Translations under genes and position numbers: made by a program
In this document: positions 20,401 through 29,914 of the stretch, piece by piece
Numbering within the stretch: position 1 is the stretch's first letter
Layout of the letters: every line of letters starts with the position of its first letter
The notes under the pieces: model-generated
The model's database searches: none
What the model saw: only the letters and a program-made list of their open reading frames with translations
What the model was told of the DNA's origin: nothing
IMG/VR virus record: IMGVR_UViG_3300045922_001059
Location: 1-56,375 of that record
Source of the DNA: a virus
Taxonomy: Duplodnaviria > Caudoviricetes
Strand: one strand, 5' to 3'
DNA length: 56,375 bases

Positions 20401-23400
20401 ACCCGCGCCAGCGTCGGCCCCTTGCCGAAGAAGGCGGTGCTGAGCCCCAGGATGCCCGCGCTCGTCCCGAACCCGCTGCCGCCGAACAGGCCGGACCCCT
20501 GTTGGAAAAATCCCGGTTGGAAAGATCCCGCCGGCAGCGGGCCGACAAACCCCTCCGGCAGCGGGCCGACAAACCACGCCGGCGGCGTCCCGAACAATCC
20601 GCCTTTCATGAACGACGGAAGCAGCGCGCCGGTGATCATCCCCGGCAGCCCCAGCGCCTCTCCGCCCAGGAATGCCCCCAGGAGTGACCCGGTCGGCCCC
20701 TTGAGCAGGGTCGAGAGGAGGGAGTTGATGCCGCCGCTGAGCCCGCTCCCCAGGGACGAGAGGGCGCCGGTGACGTCGCCGCTCAGGAATTGTTGGAGCA
20801 CCCCGCCGGCCTGTCCCAGGCCGGCCATCACCGCCTGCGGAATGGTGGTGAGCCAGTTCTTCTGCCACAGGGTGTCGAACTGGAGCTTCTGTGCCACCAT
20901 CTGCGCGAACATGTTGGCGAAGGTCTGCAGCACCGAGGCCTTCATCCCCTCGAAGACCTCTGCCATGCGGCGCGTCCCCAGCACCACCGCCTCAAACCCG
21001 CCGTTGACCGCCTGCGTCAGGAGGTTCCCCAGGTTGAGGGGGACCTGGTTGAGCCGCTCGATGGCCCGGCCCACCTGCTGCGCCTGGGCCGCCGCCCCCG
21101 CCAGCGCGATGCCCGCCCGCTCGTATTCCTGGTTGAGCTTCTGCATCTCGGCGGTGGCCAGGGCGATCTCCTGGCGTTTGGCCTGGACCGCCTCGCTCGC
21201 CTCTTTCTCCGCCCCGGCGCGGGCTTCGAGGAGGCGGAGCTCCTCGCGGAGCCGCTCCAGGTCCGCCTCCCGGTTGGCGATGGTGGTGGCGAGGGCGTCA
21301 CGCTGCAGGCGGAGCTTTCTCTGCTCGATCTCGAGCAGCTGGCGCTGGATGGTCAGGATCTGCCGGCGGATCGGGATCGTGTCTTCCTCGGCCTGGATCA
21401 AGGCGAGCTGGGCCTGCAGGCGCTCCTGCTCGAGGGCGAGCGCCCCCTGCTCGACAACGGCCCGCTCCTGCGCCAGCTGTAGCGTGCGGGCCAGCTCGGC
21501 GCGCCGGCGCGCGACGGCGGCCAGTTCGGCCTGGATGTCTTTGGCCAGCGCGGCCTGCTGCGCGGCGAGCGTGCGCCCGAACGCCGCCTGGGTCTGGAGT
21601 TCGGCGGTGATCTTGGCCTGCGCCAGGCGGATCTCCTCGAGCAGGTCCCGCTGCTCCTCCATGGTGGTCTGGCCCGCGGCGATCGCCTGCTCGATGGCCG
21701 CCCGCTGTTCGTCCAGCCGCTGGGCCTCCGCCCGGAGCCGGCGGTCCTGGAGCGCCCGGGCGCGTTCGGCCAGCTCCAGTTCCTCCTGCGCCAGTTCTTT
21801 TTGCCGCTGCCGGGCCGTGACCTCGTCCTGGATCTGGGCGGTCTGGGCCTTACGGGTCTCGAGCTCCTGCCGGCTGGCGGCCAGGAGCTGCTCCTGCGTC
21901 TGCAGCTGGGCCTGGAGGCGGGCGTGGCGCTGGTCGATGAGGGCCAGCTCGTCCTGCAGGCTGTTCTCGACCGCCCGCGCCTGCGCCGCGATCCGCTCCT
22001 GCAGCGCGGCGTTGGTGCGCAGGGCCTCCTGCGCCGCCGCCTCCTGCGCCCGGTACTGGTCGATCTGCCGGGCCAGGGCGCGCTCTTCCTGCTTGAGGAG
22101 GTCCAGGTCCTCTTTGCGGATACTCAGGCTGGCGGCGAGCGCGTCCCGCCGCGCCTCGGCCGCTTTGGTAATCGCCTCCTCCTCCGCCGCGATCTGCTTG
22201 ACGCGCTGTTCGACCGCCTGCTCCGCATAGACGCGCTCGCGGACCCGCTCGAACTTGGTCGCCCGCAACCGCTCCGCCTCGGCCGCTGCCTCCCGGTATG
22301 CCACCTGCTGGCGTTCGATCTCCTGCGTGACGCGGGAGACGGCTGCCAGTTCCGCCTCGGCACGCTGGCGGGCGGCCGCCGTGGCGGCTGTGTGCGCGGC
22401 CAGCCGGCGCTGTTCGCTCTCGAGCTGTCGGCGTTGGAGGTCGGCCTCCTCCTTGGCCAGCCGGGCCTGCTCGCGCATGATCGCCTGCCGCTCCCGCTCG
22501 GCGAGCTCCAGGTTGCGGAGGTTCGCCAGCGCGGCCTCCCGCGCGGCGAGCTGCTCCCGTTCCGTCTGCAACCGCTGGCGCGCGACCAGGAGGACGTCCT
22601 GTTCTCTCTGGTACTGCCGCTCGACCTCCGTCGCCGTGTCCGCGTGCTCCTGATTGATGTCCTTGAGGGTGGTCAGGTGCGCGCTGAGCGCCTGCCCGAT
22701 CTTGCCCAGCCGGGCGAAGACCTCCCCCAGTTCCGCGGCCTGCTCCCGGGTGATTTCCGGGGTCTTCTTCAGCTGGTCGAGGAACTGCTCGACGACCTTG
22801 CGTTGCCGCTCCAGGTCCTCCGCCCCGGCGATCTGGATCGCAAACCGCTCCGTCCCCGCGACGTCCAGCAGCCGGCCCCGCTCGATGAGGAACTGCTTGA
22901 TCTGCAGGGTCGCGCCCCGGAACGCCTGCTCGAGCCCCTCCCCGAGCTCGCGGTTGAGCTTCTTGAGGCGCTCGAACACGGTCTCGGTCCGCTGCGCCTC
23001 CGCGCTGACGTCGGCGAACGCCGCCCGCGCCGCCAGCAGCCCGCCCACCAGCGTCGCCCCGGCTACCACGGCGATCCCCGCCGCCGTCCCCGGCCCGAGT
23101 GAGGCGATGACTATCCTGAGAATGGTGGTCAGGCGCGTCAGACCGGGGACGAGCGACCCGAGAAACGTCCCCAGGTCCTTGAGCGCGGCGATCACTGAGA
23201 CCGTGACGAGCTTGCGCAGCAGGTCGAGCACCTGCACCAGGCCGGAGGCGGCCTTGGTGGTCAGGTCCATGTCGGCAGCCAGCTTCTTAAAGGTCTGGGT
23301 CTGGGTGACGAGCTGGACGGTAGCAAAGACGCCGCCGATCTGCGCCAGCCCCCCGGCCAGCGACAGGGTAAAGCTGGCGGCCTGCGCGCCGATGCTGAGG

Positions 23401-24164
23401 TATTTGGTGATGGTGCCGAGGAAGGTGGCGAACCCCTGGTTGGTAGGGACGATGGCCGCGGTCAGCGCCACCAGGGCCTCGCGCAGCGGCATCACCGCGC
23501 GCTCTTGCCCCTCCCGGAAGGCGCTGGCGAACTCCCGGACGCGGATCTGCAGCGTCTGCATCGCCTCGGTCTGGCGTTCGACGACCGAGGTGAGGCCGGA
23601 CAGGTCCGGCGAGAGCCGCTCGGCGACCGACTGCGCCAGGTTGGCGAGCGCCGGCAGGAGGATTGACCCGATCACCGAGCCGACCAGGTGCATGCCCTTG
23701 CCGAACCGCTCGACCTTCTTCTGCGCCCCCTCCGCCGCCGTGCCCAGCGCCGCGGTCGGCGCGGCGGCCGCCTCGACGCCCTGGGTGTAGGCGGTGAGGC
23801 CCTGTAGCGCGTCCTTGCCAAAGGCCACGGCCGCCGCGGCCAGGGCGGCCAGGTGCGTCTTGAGGTCCGCCAGCACCGGCGTCAGGCGCGCCAGGCCCGG
23901 GGACGCGGCGGCGACTTTTCCTAACTCCTCGGCGAACTTGCGGGCCGCGTCCCCGCCAGCGGTGAACAGCGCGGTCAGCCCGCCGGCCCCGGCGAAGACG
24001 CCGACCGCCGCCTTGCTCGCCTTCTGGAGCGCCGTCAGGCCCTCGGAGAGCAGCTTCGTCTGCCCGGCCACCTCCTTGATGGCCTTGAGGGCGTCCTTGA
24101 GGCCCTTCAGCGCCTCGCCCAGGTCGAGCGTGAATTTTTGGGTGACTGGATCAAGCTGGGGCAC
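17445..24164 (-). CDS. Tape measure protein
   Basis: 2239 aa, long Ala/Glu/Gln/Arg coiled coils, hydrophobic Gly-rich stretches, follows the tail chaperone. Confidence 0.85.
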   Translation of the reverse strand: MPQLDPVTQKFTLDLGEALKGLKDALKAIKEVAGQTKLLSEGLTALQKASKAAVGVFAGAGGLTALFTAGGDAARKFAEELGKVAAASPGLARLTPVLADLKTHLAALAAAAVAFGKDALQGLTAYTQGVEAAAAPTAALGTAAEGAQKKVERFGKGMHLVGSVIGSILLPALANLAQSVAERLSPDLSGLTSVVERQTEAMQTLQIRVREFASAFREGQERAVMPLREALVALTAAIVPTNQGFATFLGTITKYLSIGAQAASFTLSLAGGLAQIGGVFATVQLVTQTQTFKKLAADMDLTTKAASGLVQVLDLLRKLVTVSVIAALKDLGTFLGSLVPGLTRLTTILRIVIASLGPGTAAGIAVVAGATLVGGLLAARAAFADVSAEAQRTETVFERLKKLNRELGEGLEQAFRGATLQIKQFLIERGRLLDVAGTERFAIQIAGAEDLERQRKVVEQFLDQLKKTPEITREQAAELGEVFARLGKIGQALSAHLTTLKDINQEHADTATEVERQYQREQDVLLVARQRLQTEREQLAAREAALANLRNLELAERERQAIMREQARLAKEEADLQRRQLESEQRRLAAHTAATAAARQRAEAELAAVSRVTQEIERQQVAYREAAAEAERLRATKFERVRERVYAEQAVEQRVKQIAAEEEAITKAAEARRDALAASLSIRKEDLDLLKQEERALARQIDQYRAQEAAAQEALRTNAALQERIAAQARAVENSLQDELALIDQRHARLQAQLQTQEQLLAASRQELETRKAQTAQIQDEVTARQRQKELAQEELELAERARALQDRRLRAEAQRLDEQRAAIEQAIAAGQTTMEEQRDLLEEIRLAQAKITAELQTQAAFGRTLAAQQAALAKDIQAELAAVARRRAELARTLQLAQERAVVEQGALALEQERLQAQLALIQAEEDTIPIRRQILTIQRQLLEIEQRKLRLQRDALATTIANREADLERLREELRLLEARAGAEKEASEAVQAKRQEIALATAEMQKLNQEYERAGIALAGAAAQAQQVGRAIERLNQVPLNLGNLLTQAVNGGFEAVVLGTRRMAEVFEGMKASVLQTFANMFAQMVAQKLQFDTLWQKNWLTTIPQAVMAGLGQAGGVLQQFLSGDVTGALSSLGSGLSGGINSLLSTLLKGPTGSLLGAFLGGEALGLPGMITGALLPSFMKGGLFGTPPAWFVGPLPEGFVGPLPAGSFQPGFFQQGSGLFGGSGFGTSAGILGLSTAFFGKGPTLARVFSGGLGAASLIPGPQQPFVAGAAILASLFGGDLFGLNRPGRIALERQGLEDFLQPALGINVPLTNIGEFLPRAKVNYADVRGGLEALGTTYALQAPEGGIGTIKRFANLAQSAFEEAGLSIEQAQQKVLELAHAMGFDLHKALTDINTALEGGFKDEENRLSLKEYLEEVREGQEDIVTLNKVLKGAFDVLTGFSDRVDTAAVANKLLAEEFERTAEETGFYTDEVMRLAESIKAGAIPIEEAILKLNELRQAQGLAALSLEDFQISEQAVVREFVKLGVAIDETSAKALSLVGVLDQLDQQLKALDEAIKQVDRDIRNLEIERLRQAFTFTQAIASARGLTPQGSLDLLRQERERVLLPTIGHILGQDVSGLLPTTTIPFTFVPPPVIPGPSGGLSVADIALGLRAVPGVSQPLTTTDVTPLRDYLLGTTGGHIGTRAGILGDLDLEQLQSLSASIDQLGQNLIAQFNTQLEAETQRITAHYNQLITEVTTRAEAAAAALREAAEAAAETARQQAEAEAEAARQQAEAQIEAHQARIEALQEEARQAQEAARTRLEALQKELQIAQAFQQLGDSLQQQIQALLASPAAPLSPPEQLAYFQRQAEALRQRAATVTGLDRVQVLGELQAVLQQMLQVSPFQRPSADFADLFADILRELEQLRDQALAEGARAETVEQEILAVGQQIEADLQRIEDEIKAEQEAIERVQEELSRTLEAISARLEAELEAISTGLTGDLEALNRQTQEQVQYLQRLADEELKAVRDALAGELEKQLTVLAEIQDAIAVRQIALLEEQKQQLEQDRQRLLDHYDDVEKKFADLLGITRDEVAVYLKQIRDALATATPAQHGFSGIVGPPGQLLRVGEVAPEWVHVQPLSDLSAAAAEWRARPPLTAPVGRQHNLAALEQQVAALLAAAQVPGGTGAAGAAGPVMVTNDIDVHVPPGAPVDAEQLARRIADLAEDRMVQSLTRGRARRVVRGVVEHTLS
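20531..20574. repeat. Two 20-bp direct repeats (24-bp period) in the tape measure gene, encoding FVGPLP twice
   Basis: ccggcagcgggccgacaaac twice. Confidence 0.8.
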
Positions 24165-24190
24165 GGCCCCGACCCGTCGCGCTCATGGCG

Positions 24191-24553
24191 CTAAAGGACC
24201 CCGGTGGCGTTGAGATATTCCAGGTACTCCGGACCGGTCATCTGGCTCACCCGCTTCGGCGGCGTATGCCGGCGCCGCTCCGCCCCCCCCACCCGCCCGC
24301 CGACATGGCCCGGCGTGGCCCGTGGGGGCGGGGTGTCGTGCAACAACGCGGACGCCGCGGCCAGGACACGCAGCTGCCCCTCCGTGTGCCGGCTGATCAG
24401 TTCATCGAAGCTAATTCCCCATTCGCTGCAGAAGGACGCGTAGACGGCGGACTCTGGGAGACCTCCTGCATCCGCCCCTCGATGGTCCGGTCCAGCGAGC
24501 GGACGGTGTACTCGACGATCCGCAAGATGCCGCGCAACCCGACGAGCAAAAAA
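24191..24553 (-). CDS. Predicted -1 frameshift extension of the tail assembly chaperone (lambda gpGT-like T part)
   Basis: Slippery heptamer T TTT TTG at 24547-24553. The -1 frame is open to TAG at 24191-24193 and reads ...ESAVYASFCSEWGISFDELISRHTEGQLRVL...EYLEYLNATGVL. Confidence 0.65.
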   Translation of the reverse strand, partial: FFARRVARHLADRRVHRPLAGPDHRGADAGGLPESAVYASFCSEWGISFDELISRHTEGQLRVLAAASALLHDTPPPRATPGHVGGRVGGAERRRHTPPKRVSQMTGPEYLEYLNATGVL

Positions 24554-24948
24554 TCATTCTGCTGCTGCACGTCCATCTGGCGCCGCACGAAGGCGTGGGC
24601 GTCGTCGAACGAGAAGCTGGTCTCCACCACCTCACGGGTACAGCCGGAGAGGCCGTAGAACGAGAGGAGGTGCAGGACGATGTTCACAAAAAGGTCGGCG
24701 ATGTCGTCCAGCTGCTTGAGCACCGTCGCGCCTTCGGCCGCCTGCGCCGCCTCGATGCGCTGGACGTACCCGGCCAGGATCTTGGCGTGCTTGATGGGCA
24801 GCGGGCGGAGCTGGATGGTGTGCGCCGTGCGCACGTCCGGGCGGTCCGGGTCGTGACAGATCGAGACGGTGATCTGCCCGGCGGGGTGCGCCTCGGGAAA
24901 CATGACCTGGTCGGTCGCGGCCTGCAATTCGTGGTCGGTCATAAGCAC
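24397..24948 (-). CDS. Tail assembly chaperone (gpG-like)
   Basis: Position between tail tube and tape measure; overlapping open -1 frame. Confidence 0.7.
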   Translation of the reverse strand: MLMTDHELQAATDQVMFPEAHPAGQITVSICHDPDRPDVRTAHTIQLRPLPIKHAKILAGYVQRIEAAQAAEGATVLKQLDDIADLFVNIVLHLLSFYGLSGCTREVVETSFSFDDAHAFVRRQMDVQQQNDFLLVGLRGILRIVEYTVRSLDRTIEGRMQEVSQSPPSTRPSAANGELASMN

Positions 24949-24995
24949 GATCCGCCGCTCGGTGGCGGTCAGTCGCTGGGATGTTCTGTCTCAGG

Positions 24996-25880
24996 TTACT
25001 GCCCGGGGCTGGTCGGCGGGAACCAGAAACGCTCGGCGACGATGAGCTCGCTGCCGCTGCTCACGTACGGCGTGGACACGGCGTAGCCGAAGAGGTCGAG
25101 CAGGACCGGGACCCGGATGTCTTGCCCGGCGCGCAGCGCTTCCACGAACTGCCCGCGCGGGGTCGCCTTGCGGAACTGGTGGATGATCTGCCCGCCGTTG
25201 AGCATGTCCGCCACGCCCAGCACGTGGAAGAAGGGCAGCTGGCTGCTGCCCATCGCGTAGCGGTCGTGCGCCACGGCGTAGAACGCGTGGGACTGCACGG
25301 GCAGCGTCGGGAACCCGTCCGGCAGCCGCAGGTAGACGTCAAAGAGCGTATTGCCAGTCACCGCCGCGATGGAGGCCACGAAGGCCTCGTTGAGCGTGGT
25401 GGTGATGGCGGTCGAGGTGTCGGTCACCACCAGGTTCCCGGGCGTGATCGCCGCCGTCATCGCCACGGAGTTCACGACGACATGGTCCCGGCCGTACACG
25501 GAGTGCACGTACGCCCAGCCGCCGGAGGGCGTGTTGGCGACGTGGTACATGCGGATGCCGCCCATGGAGAAGAAGGCGCGGGAGTTGCGGTTGGAGAGCA
25601 TCACCGCCTGGAACTCCCCGGCCACCCCCAGCACCGCCTGGTACTGCAGGATGGCGGGCACGCCGGTGGCGAGCCGGTAGTAGTCCTTTTGGACCGACAG
25701 CTGCGGCGAATCTTCCTGGATCGCGCCGAGGTGGATGAATCCGGTGGGCGGGGTCGAAATGTCGATCTTCCCCGGCGTCCAGGCTGTGCCCTCCGGGGCG
25801 ACGAGGAGGTGTTCGAGCGCGAGGGAGACCTCGTCAACGGTGATCTCGTTGACGTAACTCTTCGTAGACGGGATAGCCAT
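24996..25880 (-). CDS. Major tail (tube) protein
   Basis: 294 aa beta-rich; LLVAPEGT...GFIHLGAI N-terminal pattern; synteny. Confidence 0.65.
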   Translation of the reverse strand: MAIPSTKSYVNEITVDEVSLALEHLLVAPEGTAWTPGKIDISTPPTGFIHLGAIQEDSPQLSVQKDYYRLATGVPAILQYQAVLGVAGEFQAVMLSNRNSRAFFSMGGIRMYHVANTPSGGWAYVHSVYGRDHVVVNSVAMTAAITPGNLVVTDTSTAITTTLNEAFVASIAAVTGNTLFDVYLRLPDGFPTLPVQSHAFYAVAHDRYAMGSSQLPFFHVLGVADMLNGGQIIHQFRKATPRGQFVEALRAGQDIRVPVLLDLFGYAVSTPYVSSGSELIVAERFWFPPTSPGQ

Positions 25881-25952
25881 TACGGCGCTCTCGTCTCTCG
25901 GCGGAGATCATGAGAAGGCTGTTACGGTTCTAGCATACTCCCCCGGCGGGCG

Positions 25953-26357
25953 CTACGCGACCCGCGTGAGGCCGGTGTAGGTGAAGTTGAGGCTCTGGAC
26001 GAACAAGTTGTTGCTGTCCCGGTACGGCTGCCCGGGCAGGTGGTCGGCGGTCAGGCGCCCCTGCAGCCCCGGCAGGGGCGGGGTCGCCCCGGCCAGCGCC
26101 CGCCAGACGGCGTCGGCGCGGGCGATCACCGAGTTGACGTGCGTCCCGCGGACGATGACCTGCACGCGCGCCAGCGAGAGCGGGGTCGCGGGGCTGTCCG
26201 GCCCGCCCGGGCCGTAGACCCCGATCGCGGCGGCCGGGGAGGACGGCAGCACCCACTGGAACAGGTCCACCCCGCGCTGCCCGAGGGCGGCGGCGTGGAG
26301 GTGCCCCACGAGCGCGTCGACCAGGACGCTGGGCAGGATTTTGTGGGCGGCGGCCAC
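25953..26357 (-). CDS. Tail terminator / minor capsid-type connector
   Basis: Start reassigned to GTG 26357; IGVYG...RVQVIVRG...DSNN..SLNF pattern; upstream of tail tube. Confidence 0.6.
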   Translation of the reverse strand: MAAAHKILPSVLVDALVGHLHAAALGQRGVDLFQWVLPSSPAAAIGVYGPGGPDSPATPLSLARVQVIVRGTHVNSVIARADAVWRALAGATPPLPGLQGRLTADHLPGQPYRDSNNLFVQSLNFTYTGLTRVA

Positions 26358-26359
26358 GG

Positions 26360-29299
26360 TCAGGTCAGCCCCTGCTGCGTGCGCAGCGCAGTCACGATCT
26401 GTTCCCCCTGCCAGCCCAGGAACTGCAGCAGCTCCTGGGGCGACGCGAACCAGCGCGACTCCGGCTCGACCCGCCCGCTGAACCCGCCGATGCCGAACCC
26501 CAGCGCGGTCTGGACCTCGAAGGGGAGCCCCCACTCCGGCCGCACGGGGATCCCCTGCCGCCCCAGCCAGCGGAGCGCGTACTGGTAATACTTGAACGCG
26601 TAGCGGTGGTATTTGTTCGCCGGGGCGGCGTAGTGCTCGAAGTAGAGCAGCACCGCGTTGCGGAGGTGTTCGACCACCGGGTTGGTGACCCGCCCCCCGG
26701 CCTCCTCCAGCAGGATCTGCGCCAGGTTGATGTAGTCGCGCAGCACCAGCAGCGGCCCGAGCGCCCGCTCAGGGTGCCGCAGCCGGTCCTTGCGCAGCAG
26801 CGGCAGGTTGCGCTCGAAGCACTTGCGCCGCGTCTGCTCGGACGTCAGGTAGCCGAAGTGCGCGATGTGCACGTCGGGGAGCAGCAGGGAGGGCTGGACC
26901 TCGGTGTTGATCCCGTCCTCAACCTGCTCGTGTACCACGCCGGTGAACTGGTACCCGCGGTGGTTACGAAAGAGCCGCTGCGGCCGGTCGGCCTCGATGG
27001 GGTCCGGCGCGAGCAGCTGCAGGTGGTGCTGCTGGATGACGTAGGCGTTGTAGAACGACGCGGCGGTGGCGTACTTGCGCAGGTTGCGGTAGCCGACCAG
27101 CTGCTCGTCGAGGTCCTGCCAGTAGACCCACTCCGCCCGCGTCTCGCTGATGGACTGGTTGCGCCAGGCGCCGAAGTTCCCCAGCCCGTCCCCGTCCGGG
27201 TCCGGGTTCAGGCGCCGCACGTACACGCGCGGCCAGTACAGCCCCTCGTACTCCCGCGCGAACGCCGCCGTGCGGTCGGTGGACCCGCAGTCCCACAGCC
27301 AGATCTCGTCCACCACGCCGATGAGGGACTTGATCGTGCGGTGGACGTCGTTCTCCTCGTTCTTGGCGATGAGGCACGCGGCAATCGCCTCGTACGGGAC
27401 GGTCGTCAGGTGCTTCCGCCGGTAGTCCACGCGGCCCGTCTTCCGGCCGGGGCGGTGCTCGTAGACGACGAACCACCACCCCAGCAGGTCCCCCCAGGTG
27501 CTCAGCGAGGCCGGCGCGTAGTGGACCTGCTTGCCGTGCTTCTGGCCGAAGACCTCCTCGAGGTCGCGCAGCTCGAAGTGGTGGACGTGGTAGCGCTCCA
27601 GCTGCCCCGCGGGCACGTGGTAGCTGCCCGCCTCCCAGGGCCCGGAGGGCACGGTGAACACGACCGTGCCGCCCGGCCGGCAGTGCGCCTCGCAGGCGTC
27701 CACCAGGGTCCAGTAGTCGATGGTGTGCTCGAGGACCTCGGCGGCGATGACGACATCAAAGACCCGGCCCTCGGGCACCGCCCCCAGGTCGGCGCACAGA
27801 AATTCCAGCCGGTGGTCGAGCCCCTCCCGCCGCGCCTTGTCCGTCGCGTAGGCGATCAGCTGGGGCGAGAAGTCTACCCCCAGGGCGTAGCTGACGTCGG
27901 GCCGCTCCCGCAGCAGGTGCCCGAGCAGCGCCCCGGACCCGCAGCCGAGGTCGAGTACCGTGAGCGCCTGCCCGTCGCGCGGCGGCGGGAGGAGGTCCAG
28001 GAGCCGGCGGAAGCGGACGTTGAGGACGGCCCACTCGGTGTCCGGCACCGAGTGGTCGAAGTAGGCGTCCGGGCGGGCGTGGTGCGCCGTCAGGTGCGCG
28101 GCGATCTCCTCGTGCAGGTCCGCGTCCCCCCGCTCGAGGGCCAGCAGGTCGGCCGCGACCAGGTCGGAGTTGAACAGCAACCGCGCGCAGATCTGGCGCC
28201 CCATGGCCGCCCGCCGCTCCTCGAACAGCTGCCAGGCCCGCGCTTCCCACTCGGCGGCCACCTGCGCCCACTGGTAGCGGCGCTCGACCCACTCCCGCCC
28301 CTGCTTCTGGAGCCGGCGCGCGGTCAGCGGGTCCGTCAGCACCTGCAGGGTGCGCTGCACAAAGCGCTCGACGTAGGCGTCGTCCAGCGGCGGACCCGGG
28401 ACTTTCTCGTACGGGACGGTCTCGCGCAGCGCGAAGTTGTCGGTGGTGACGACCGGGACGCCCAGCGCCATCGCCTCCAGCGCGACCAGGCAGGAGATCT
28501 CCGGGAACGCCGTCGGGTAGGTCACCGCCGCGCAGGAGGAGAGCAGGCGGTAGTAGTCGGCCTTCGTGAGCGCCCCGTAGTCCGTCACGGCGCCGGGCGC
28601 CTGCTTGATCAGCCGGCTACAGTACGCGTAGAAGTCCTGCAGCTGCTGCGGGAAGGCCCAGCCCTCCATGTTGTAGCCGCAGATGGCCAGCTCGAGGTCC
28701 GGGTCCTGGCGCAGCAGCGCCGGCCAGACCCGCGTCAGTAACACGTCCAGCCCCCGCTCGGGGCGCGAGGCGTACAGCAGCCGCTTGGGGTGCTTCGTCC
28801 CCGTGCCATAGCGCCGCAGCAGCGCCAGGTCCACCCCGTTGCGCGAGGTCCACAGCAGCGGCGCGATCTCGGGGATCTCGGCGAGGTACGCCTGGCGGTG
28901 GAAGTCGGAGAGCGGCATCACCTGGGTCGTCTGGAACAGCGCGGCCGCCAGCTGGTGCGCGTGCGTCGGCATGTCGTGCAGCCACAGCCAGTTCATTTTC
29001 GTGCGCAGGGGGAGCGCGAGCACCGGGTAGAAGCGGCTGGCGATGAAGAGGTCCCACTCCTGGGCGCGGGCCTGCTGGGGGAACTCGCGGTAGTCGTCCC
29101 ACCGGACGCCGTCGACCACGCCTGGCTCGGAACACTTACAGAAGACCGTCACCCGGTGGCCGCGCCGGGCCAGCGCGTAGGCCATATGCCAGAGGGCGGA
29201 CTCGGAGCCGCCGATCGACTGCCGGTCGATCGGGCCGCCGGAGACCGTCAATCCCTCCGTGTAGAACGCAATCCATAGAGACGATGCACCGTCATTCAT
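26360..29299 (-). CDS. Tri-domain GT4 (GT-B) glycosyltransferase / class I SAM methyltransferase / GT2 (GT-A) glycosyltransferase fusion
   Basis: GGSE, YASRPERGL, EISCLVALEAMALGVPVV (GT4); VLDLGCGSG, EVLEH (MTase); CLIAKNEE, DCGSTDRT, DLDE, GVVHEQ, HFGY (GT2). Confidence 0.9.
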   Translation of the reverse strand: MNDGASSLWIAFYTEGLTVSGGPIDRQSIGGSESALWHMAYALARRGHRVTVFCKCSEPGVVDGVRWDDYREFPQQARAQEWDLFIASRFYPVLALPLRTKMNWLWLHDMPTHAHQLAAALFQTTQVMPLSDFHRQAYLAEIPEIAPLLWTSRNGVDLALLRRYGTGTKHPKRLLYASRPERGLDVLLTRVWPALLRQDPDLELAICGYNMEGWAFPQQLQDFYAYCSRLIKQAPGAVTDYGALTKADYYRLLSSCAAVTYPTAFPEISCLVALEAMALGVPVVTTDNFALRETVPYEKVPGPPLDDAYVERFVQRTLQVLTDPLTARRLQKQGREWVERRYQWAQVAAEWEARAWQLFEERRAAMGRQICARLLFNSDLVAADLLALERGDADLHEEIAAHLTAHHARPDAYFDHSVPDTEWAVLNVRFRRLLDLLPPPRDGQALTVLDLGCGSGALLGHLLRERPDVSYALGVDFSPQLIAYATDKARREGLDHRLEFLCADLGAVPEGRVFDVVIAAEVLEHTIDYWTLVDACEAHCRPGGTVVFTVPSGPWEAGSYHVPAGQLERYHVHHFELRDLEEVFGQKHGKQVHYAPASLSTWGDLLGWWFVVYEHRPGRKTGRVDYRRKHLTTVPYEAIAACLIAKNEENDVHRTIKSLIGVVDEIWLWDCGSTDRTAAFAREYEGLYWPRVYVRRLNPDPDGDGLGNFGAWRNQSISETRAEWVYWQDLDEQLVGYRNLRKYATAASFYNAYVIQQHHLQLLAPDPIEADRPQRLFRNHRGYQFTGVVHEQVEDGINTEVQPSLLLPDVHIAHFGYLTSEQTRRKCFERNLPLLRKDRLRHPERALGPLLVLRDYINLAQILLEEAGGRVTNPVVEHLRNAVLLYFEHYAAPANKYHRYAFKYYQYALRWLGRQGIPVRPEWGLPFEVQTALGFGIGGFSGRVEPESRWFASPQELLQFLGWQGEQIVTALRTQQGLT

Positions 29300-29436
29300 C
29301 GATGATCTCGCCGCCCCTCGAGGGGGTCGATACTGACTCAGCACAGACGACTATCTCTCGAACCGCCTATCCGTGGGGCCTCAGAACGGGCCAGTCCGGC
29401 GCCGCGCTGCCTCCCTGAGGATCGCGCCCGCCATCG

Positions 29437-29886
29437 TCATCCGGCGCCGCCGAGCCGGACCGGGGCCGCGGGCACACGCGCCGCTACTTTCCGGATCATG
29501 ACACGTCCGGGTTCTGTCAGGACGGCTGCGGCCAGCGGCAGCCCGGTCGGATTCGCCATGGTCGCGGAAAATGCCCCCATCGCCCTGCCAATGGCACGGG
29601 CCGGTCGATAGAAGGGCAAAGATTCAACACCGGCCCGATACGTACCCTCGACATCGTACCGGAACCGCTGTGCCGTATCCTTCGCCAGTCGCCAGGTGCG
29701 CCGCCGGCTGCCATACGGGCCATACTGGCCCAGGCCCCGGAGGATCTCTTTGCGTAGACCACCCGGGAGACCCTTGACATACCGCCGTCTCGTGCGGAGT
29801 TCCTGGAGTGCTAACCGCCGGACAGGCGCCACCAGCTTCAGCGCCCTTCGCAACGCGACCCCTAATCGTGCCACCCTCACAGCCAT
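29437..29886 (-). CDS. Arg-rich basic hypothetical protein
   Basis: 149 aa, very Arg-rich with a C-terminal hydrophobic stretch. Confidence 0.5.
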   Translation of the reverse strand: MAVRVARLGVALRRALKLVAPVRRLALQELRTRRRYVKGLPGGLRKEILRGLGQYGPYGSRRRTWRLAKDTAQRFRYDVEGTYRAGVESLPFYRPARAIGRAMGAFSATMANPTGLPLAAAVLTEPGRVMIRKVAARVPAAPVRLGGAG

Positions 29887-29914
29887 CTGCGGCGCTCGCG
29901 GCGCCGATTCATCC

